Part shown: piece by piece, positions 60,001 to 64,000 of the stretch
Position numbering within the stretch: the stretch's first letter is position 1
Layout: each line of letters starts with the position of its first letter
Assembly: GCA_050952645.1 (NCBI GenBank)
Contig: JBMNLI010000012.1
Location: forward strand, 32,001 to 96,000
Reading direction: 5' to 3'
DNA: 64,000 nt
Source: Bdellovibrionota bacterium
Lineage (GTDB): Bacteria; Bdellovibrionota_C; UBA2361; CAKMMH01
Made by a program: the position numbers and the translations under genes
Notes under the pieces: generated by a model
What the model was told of the DNA's origin: nothing
Databases searched by the model: none
The model's input: only the letters and a program-made list of their open reading frames with translations

Positions 60001-62730
60001 GTGAATACGGCATTTGAGATTGAACAATATGGGAAACTTCCCCCAATGCTTGAGCAATATATCGAGTATAAAAATGAATACCCTGATTGCTTGATATTTT
60101 GTCAAGTAGGCGATTTTTATGAATTGTTTTTTGAAGATGCTAAAGTAGTAGCAAAAACCTTAAATTTAACATTGACTAGTAGAGATAAAAATAGTGAGAA
60201 TCCCGTGCCTATGTGCGGAGTGCCAATTTCAGTTATAGATGGCTACATAGATAGATTAGTAGACCTTGGTTTTTCAGTGGCAATCGTAAGTCAGGCAGAA
60301 TTAGCCTCCGAGGCTAAAGGTATGGTAAAAAGAAAGCTAGAAAGAATAATAACGCCAGCAGTAAGACTTTTAGGAAGCGATAAAGCAGAGTCATGCGTTG
60401 CGGCTTCCATATATTTTGATAATGAGAAAAATATGTCGATAGCTTTTTTAGATGTGCAAAATGCTACGCTCTTTTATAGAGAAAATATATCGCTAGAAAG
60501 TTTAAAATCTGAACTCAGTAGAGTCTCCCCTAAAGAAATTATAGTGCTTCAAAACTTAGGCGGAAAAAGAATAGACAGAAGAACACTCTGGTTTAGAGAT
60601 ATAGAAAGAAGCTTTAAAGATGCCATTATAAAAATAAAACCCGAAACTTATTCAAGCTTAGATTTAAATCCTTTAAGAAAATTTAGCGAGCTTCAAGGAT
60701 ACGCAAGCCTATCAAATGCTACTAAAAAAGCGGTTAGAATACTTATAAACTATATAGATGAGATCACTATAGAAAAAACACTTGCAATTTCAGAAGTTTC
60801 AAAATGTAATTACGATAATATTATGAGCGTCGATGCTAGCGCTAGACAAAACTTAGAGCTTATAACTAATATAAAAGATGGGAGTAAAAAAAATACTCTC
60901 TTTGATTACATGGATAAGACGATTACTCAAGGAGGAGAAAAGCTTTTAAGAACTTGGATCTTATCTCCTTTGTTAAATGTCAAGCAAATAAAAGAAAGAC
61001 AAAACGTTATCAAGTTTTTCTTATCAGAGGTTTTTATCCGCTCGAAAGTAAGAAATATTTTAAAGTATATTTGTAATTTCTCTAAAATAGCTTCAAGACT
61101 TGAAATGCAAATAGTATCTCCTAGAGAACTTGGAAGCTTAAGAGATAGCTTAAATAAAATTCCAGAAATTATTTTCCTTTTTAAAGAAACATTAGATGAT
61201 ATCCCTAGCAATTTAAGAAATATCTTAGATAGCCTTATAGTGCCAGAAGAGTTAAAAGTTATTTTAGATAACACTCTAATAGAAGAACCTAGCAACTCTA
61301 TAAATGAAGGAAATATTATAAAGGAAGGCTTTAGTAAAGAGGTAGATAGACTAAGAGATATAAGGCAAGGGGGTTGCTCTTGGATTTTAGAGCTAGAAGC
61401 TAAAGAAAGGGAAGCAAGCGGAATAAACTCTCTTAAAATTAAATTTAATAATGTGCTTGGATATTTTATAGAGGTTACGAAAGTAAATAAGGATAAAGTT
61501 CCAGATTATTTTATTCAAAGACAAAGCACTTCAAATTATGAAAGATTTTTTACACCCGAACTAAAAGAAAGAGAAAAGGAAGTTCTAGGAGCCGAAGCAA
61601 AACTGTTCGCTTTAGAAAGAGAGCTTTTTGCTAACTTAAAAAATACTTTGCAAGCTTACATTCCACTTTTAAGAAGCTTAAGCGATACTATTTCTCTTCT
61701 CGACCTTTATGCATCGCTAGCAGAACTCGCAGAAAATGAAGCGTTAGTCTGCCCTAATGTTACTTCTGATTACGCTTTAGATATAAAACAAGGTATGCAC
61801 CCAGTTTTAAAAAAAGTCCTAAAGAGCGATTTTATCCCGAACTCTTTAAACTTATCTTCGCTTGAAACGCTTGTAGTGCTCACAGGGCCTAATATGGGCG
61901 GTAAGTCTACATTCCTTAGGCAAGTAGCCTTAATCGTTATTATGGCTCAAATAGGAAGCTTTGTGCCTGCAAAAGAGGCTGCCATAGGACTCGTAGATAA
62001 GATTTTTGCTAGACTAGGAGCAAGCGATGATATGGAGGAGGGAGAGTCTACTTTTATGGTAGAAATGAGAGAAGCGTCAAATATTTTGTCTAACGCAACA
62101 GAGCGATCTTTAGTGCTAATAGATGAGATAGGAAGAGGAACGGCTACTACCGACGGGATTTCCATAGCAGAGGCTATTTTAGAATATTTGCTATTAAAGA
62201 TAAAATGTAAAACCGTTTTTGCTACGCACTTTCACGAACTAACAGAGCTTGCTAAAAAATATAAACAATTAAAAAATATTTCAGTAGGTTCAATAGAGCT
62301 AGAAGGAGAGGTAGTCTTTACTCATGAGATAGTAGATGGTGCTGCAAAAAAATCTTACGGTATCCACGTTGCTAAACTTGCAGGAATAAATAAGGTGATT
62401 TTAAATAGGGCAAGAGAAATTTTAACTAAGCTAGATGCTAAAAATAATCTAGTAAAAGAAGCGCAGATGTCCTTTTTCGATGATAGCTTAAGTGGCACGC
62501 TAGGCGAAAATTTAGAAGATATGAGAAGCGTAGGAGATATAGAAAATATAAAAGACTTAAATGTAAAAGATTTATTTAAAGAAGATTTATTTAAAAAAGA
62601 CATAGCTCTTCCTGATGATTACGAGGAATTAAAAGGGGTTGCAGAAAGTATAAAAAATATAGATATTAATTCTATGACCCCAATAGAGGCACTAAAATTT
62701 TTAAACGATTTAAAAAATGAAATAATTTAA
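60001..62730 (+). CDS. mutS: DNA mismatch repair protein MutS
   Basis: GDFYELFFEDA, PMCGVP, TGPNMGGKSTFLRQ, STFMVEM, DEIGRGT, FATHFHEL, SYGIHVA. Confidence 0.97.
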   Translation: MNTAFEIEQYGKLPPMLEQYIEYKNEYPDCLIFCQVGDFYELFFEDAKVVAKTLNLTLTSRDKNSENPVPMCGVPISVIDGYIDRLVDLGFSVAIVSQAELASEAKGMVKRKLERIITPAVRLLGSDKAESCVAASIYFDNEKNMSIAFLDVQNATLFYRENISLESLKSELSRVSPKEIIVLQNLGGKRIDRRTLWFRDIERSFKDAIIKIKPETYSSLDLNPLRKFSELQGYASLSNATKKAVRILINYIDEITIEKTLAISEVSKCNYDNIMSVDASARQNLELITNIKDGSKKNTLFDYMDKTITQGGEKLLRTWILSPLLNVKQIKERQNVIKFFLSEVFIRSKVRNILKYICNFSKIASRLEMQIVSPRELGSLRDSLNKIPEIIFLFKETLDDIPSNLRNILDSLIVPEELKVILDNTLIEEPSNSINEGNIIKEGFSKEVDRLRDIRQGGCSWILELEAKEREASGINSLKIKFNNVLGYFIEVTKVNKDKVPDYFIQRQSTSNYERFFTPELKEREKEVLGAEAKLFALERELFANLKNTLQAYIPLLRSLSDTISLLDLYASLAELAENEALVCPNVTSDYALDIKQGMHPVLKKVLKSDFIPNSLNLSSLETLVVLTGPNMGGKSTFLRQVALIVIMAQIGSFVPAKEAAIGLVDKIFARLGASDDMEEGESTFMVEMREASNILSNATERSLVLIDEIGRGTATTDGISIAEAILEYLLLKIKCKTVFATHFHELTELAKKYKQLKNISVGSIELEGEVVFTHEIVDGAAKKSYGIHVAKLAGINKVILNRAREILTKLDAKNNLVKEAQMSFFDDSLSGTLGENLEDMRSVGDIENIKDLNVKDLFKEDLFKKDIALPDDYEELKGVAESIKNIDINSMTPIEALKFLNDLKNEII

Positions 62731-62759
62731 AAAAATAATTTAATAAAAAATATACTAAT

Positions 62760-64000
62760 ATGAAAAAATTAAACTTAAATATACTTTTCTTTGCATTTTT
62801 CTTTTTAACTTCCTTGCTATTAAGTACGCAAAAAGTAAGTGCGCAAAAAGGAGTCCCTAATGTATACGCTTTTAATGATGTTTATAATAATCAATATGAT
62901 AATCAATATAATAATTACGAAGCTATAAACACGAATGCGAGCGTGCAAGTTTTTGAAAGTTTAGAAAGTGAGTTTTTAAAATTAAGGAATTTAGATACAA
63001 AAGTAGAAAGGATAAAAGAATGGGAAACGCTAGCAAGAAAGTTTGAAGTGTTTTTCGATAAAAATGAAAGATTGAGCCAAAGTGCCGTAGCGATGCATAA
63101 TGCTTCGATATTATATGAAGAGCTATATAAAAAAACGCATCTAGAAAAATACTTAGATAGAGCTTTTATAGTTATAGATAAGTTTTTAAAAGATTATAAG
63201 AATCATTATTTAGCAGATGATATAATTGTAAAAAAAGGAGACATCTATCTTTTTTTATTAAACGATTTCGATAAAGCAAAGAAATGCTATGAAGAGGTTG
63301 TAAAGAATTATGTAGATAGCGATATGTTCGAGCTAGCAAAAGCGAGAGTAAAGCTAATATTAGATAGAAAAAATAGCAATGTTTTAGGAACAGTTTCTGA
63401 GCAAGTAAAAAATAACGGTGGGGAAGATAAATTTACTAATAATAATTACGTTATCGTTATAGATCCAGGGCATGGCGGTGAAGAGGTTGGAGCTAAAAAC
63501 GCTGCTGGGCTTTTGGAAAAAGATATAACTCTCGACATTGCACTAAAGTTGGAAAAAATCTTAAAAAGAAACACCGGGTTTAATGTTTTCTTAACTAGGT
63601 CGACCGATAAATTTCTATCTTTAGGAGAAAGAACCGAGTTTGCTAATGAAAAAGAGGCAGATCTTTTTTTAAGTCTGCATGTAAATGCTAGCGTGAAAAG
63701 AGATGCTTACGGAATAGAAACTTATTATCTCGATAATACCGACGATAAGTCTAGTAGAAAATTAGCAGAACGAGAAAACAAGTCGCTAACGTTTGGAAAT
63801 GGCGATATAGATGATCTGCAATTTATGATAAGCGACTTAATACAAAGTGGAAAGCAAGAAGAATCGATAGTGTTTGCAAACCACGTTCAAAGCGAACTTA
63901 TTAGACATCTAAATAAAAAATGGCGTGGTATAAAAGATTTAGGAGTAAAAAAGGCTCCTTTTTACATTTTAGTAGGTGCGCATATGCCTTGCGTGCTAAC
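62760..64000 (+). CDS. N-acetylmuramoyl-L-alanine amidase (Amidase_3) with N-terminal TPR-like region; runs off the window
   Basis: Own translation: IVIDPGHGGEEVGA, LEKDITLDIA, FLTRSTD, ERTEFAN, LSLHVNAS, KKAPFYILVGAHMP. Confidence 0.9.
   Translation, partial: MKKLNLNILFFAFFFLTSLLLSTQKVSAQKGVPNVYAFNDVYNNQYDNQYNNYEAINTNASVQVFESLESEFLKLRNLDTKVERIKEWETLARKFEVFFDKNERLSQSAVAMHNASILYEELYKKTHLEKYLDRAFIVIDKFLKDYKNHYLADDIIVKKGDIYLFLLNDFDKAKKCYEEVVKNYVDSDMFELAKARVKLILDRKNSNVLGTVSEQVKNNGGEDKFTNNNYVIVIDPGHGGEEVGAKNAAGLLEKDITLDIALKLEKILKRNTGFNVFLTRSTDKFLSLGERTEFANEKEADLFLSLHVNASVKRDAYGIETYYLDNTDDKSSRKLAERENKSLTFGNGDIDDLQFMISDLIQSGKQEESIVFANHVQSELIRHLNKKWRGIKDLGVKKAPFYILVGAHMPCVL

Noticed and set aside
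1..64000. Alternative genetic code as the cause of broken genes
   Set aside because: The breaks examined are frameshifts, not in-frame TGA/TAG; conserved Trp residues use TGG

Overview
AT-rich bacterial chromosome window. Gene content (flagellar hook-associated genes, pseudopilins, Gld-type ABC transporter, LptE, rubrerythrin, meso-DAP-type MurE) fits a flagellated diderm, possibly Bdellovibrionota/deltaproteobacteria-like, but that taxonomy is only an inference. Most of it is housekeeping: a reduced dcw cluster, the alpha operon, rplY-pth-rpsF-rplI, tsaD-rsmA, flgKL, miaB, mutS, an amidase, tRNA-Cys and tRNA-Lys. Several genes carry single-base frameshifts in homopolymers, probably assembly errors. 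The main non-obvious signals are: (1) a ~440-510 nt intergenic unit with paired 5'/3' ends, many G-U helices, a sigma28-like promoter and an intrinsic terminator, a candidate large ncRNA; (2) a family of TadE-pseudopilin/Ser-stalk/Cys-Cys-repeat proteins (one intact, one disrupted, one start-less fragment); (3) a 222-bp ISL3-like MITE with an 8-bp target duplication, plus deleted copies; (4) an unannotated 52-aa ORF matching the IF1 ATPase-inhibitor motif; (5) several long G-U-rich hairpins in leaders or intergenic DNA; (6) pervasive short tandem microduplications. No CRISPR array, prophage, transposase or reverse transcriptase was seen.
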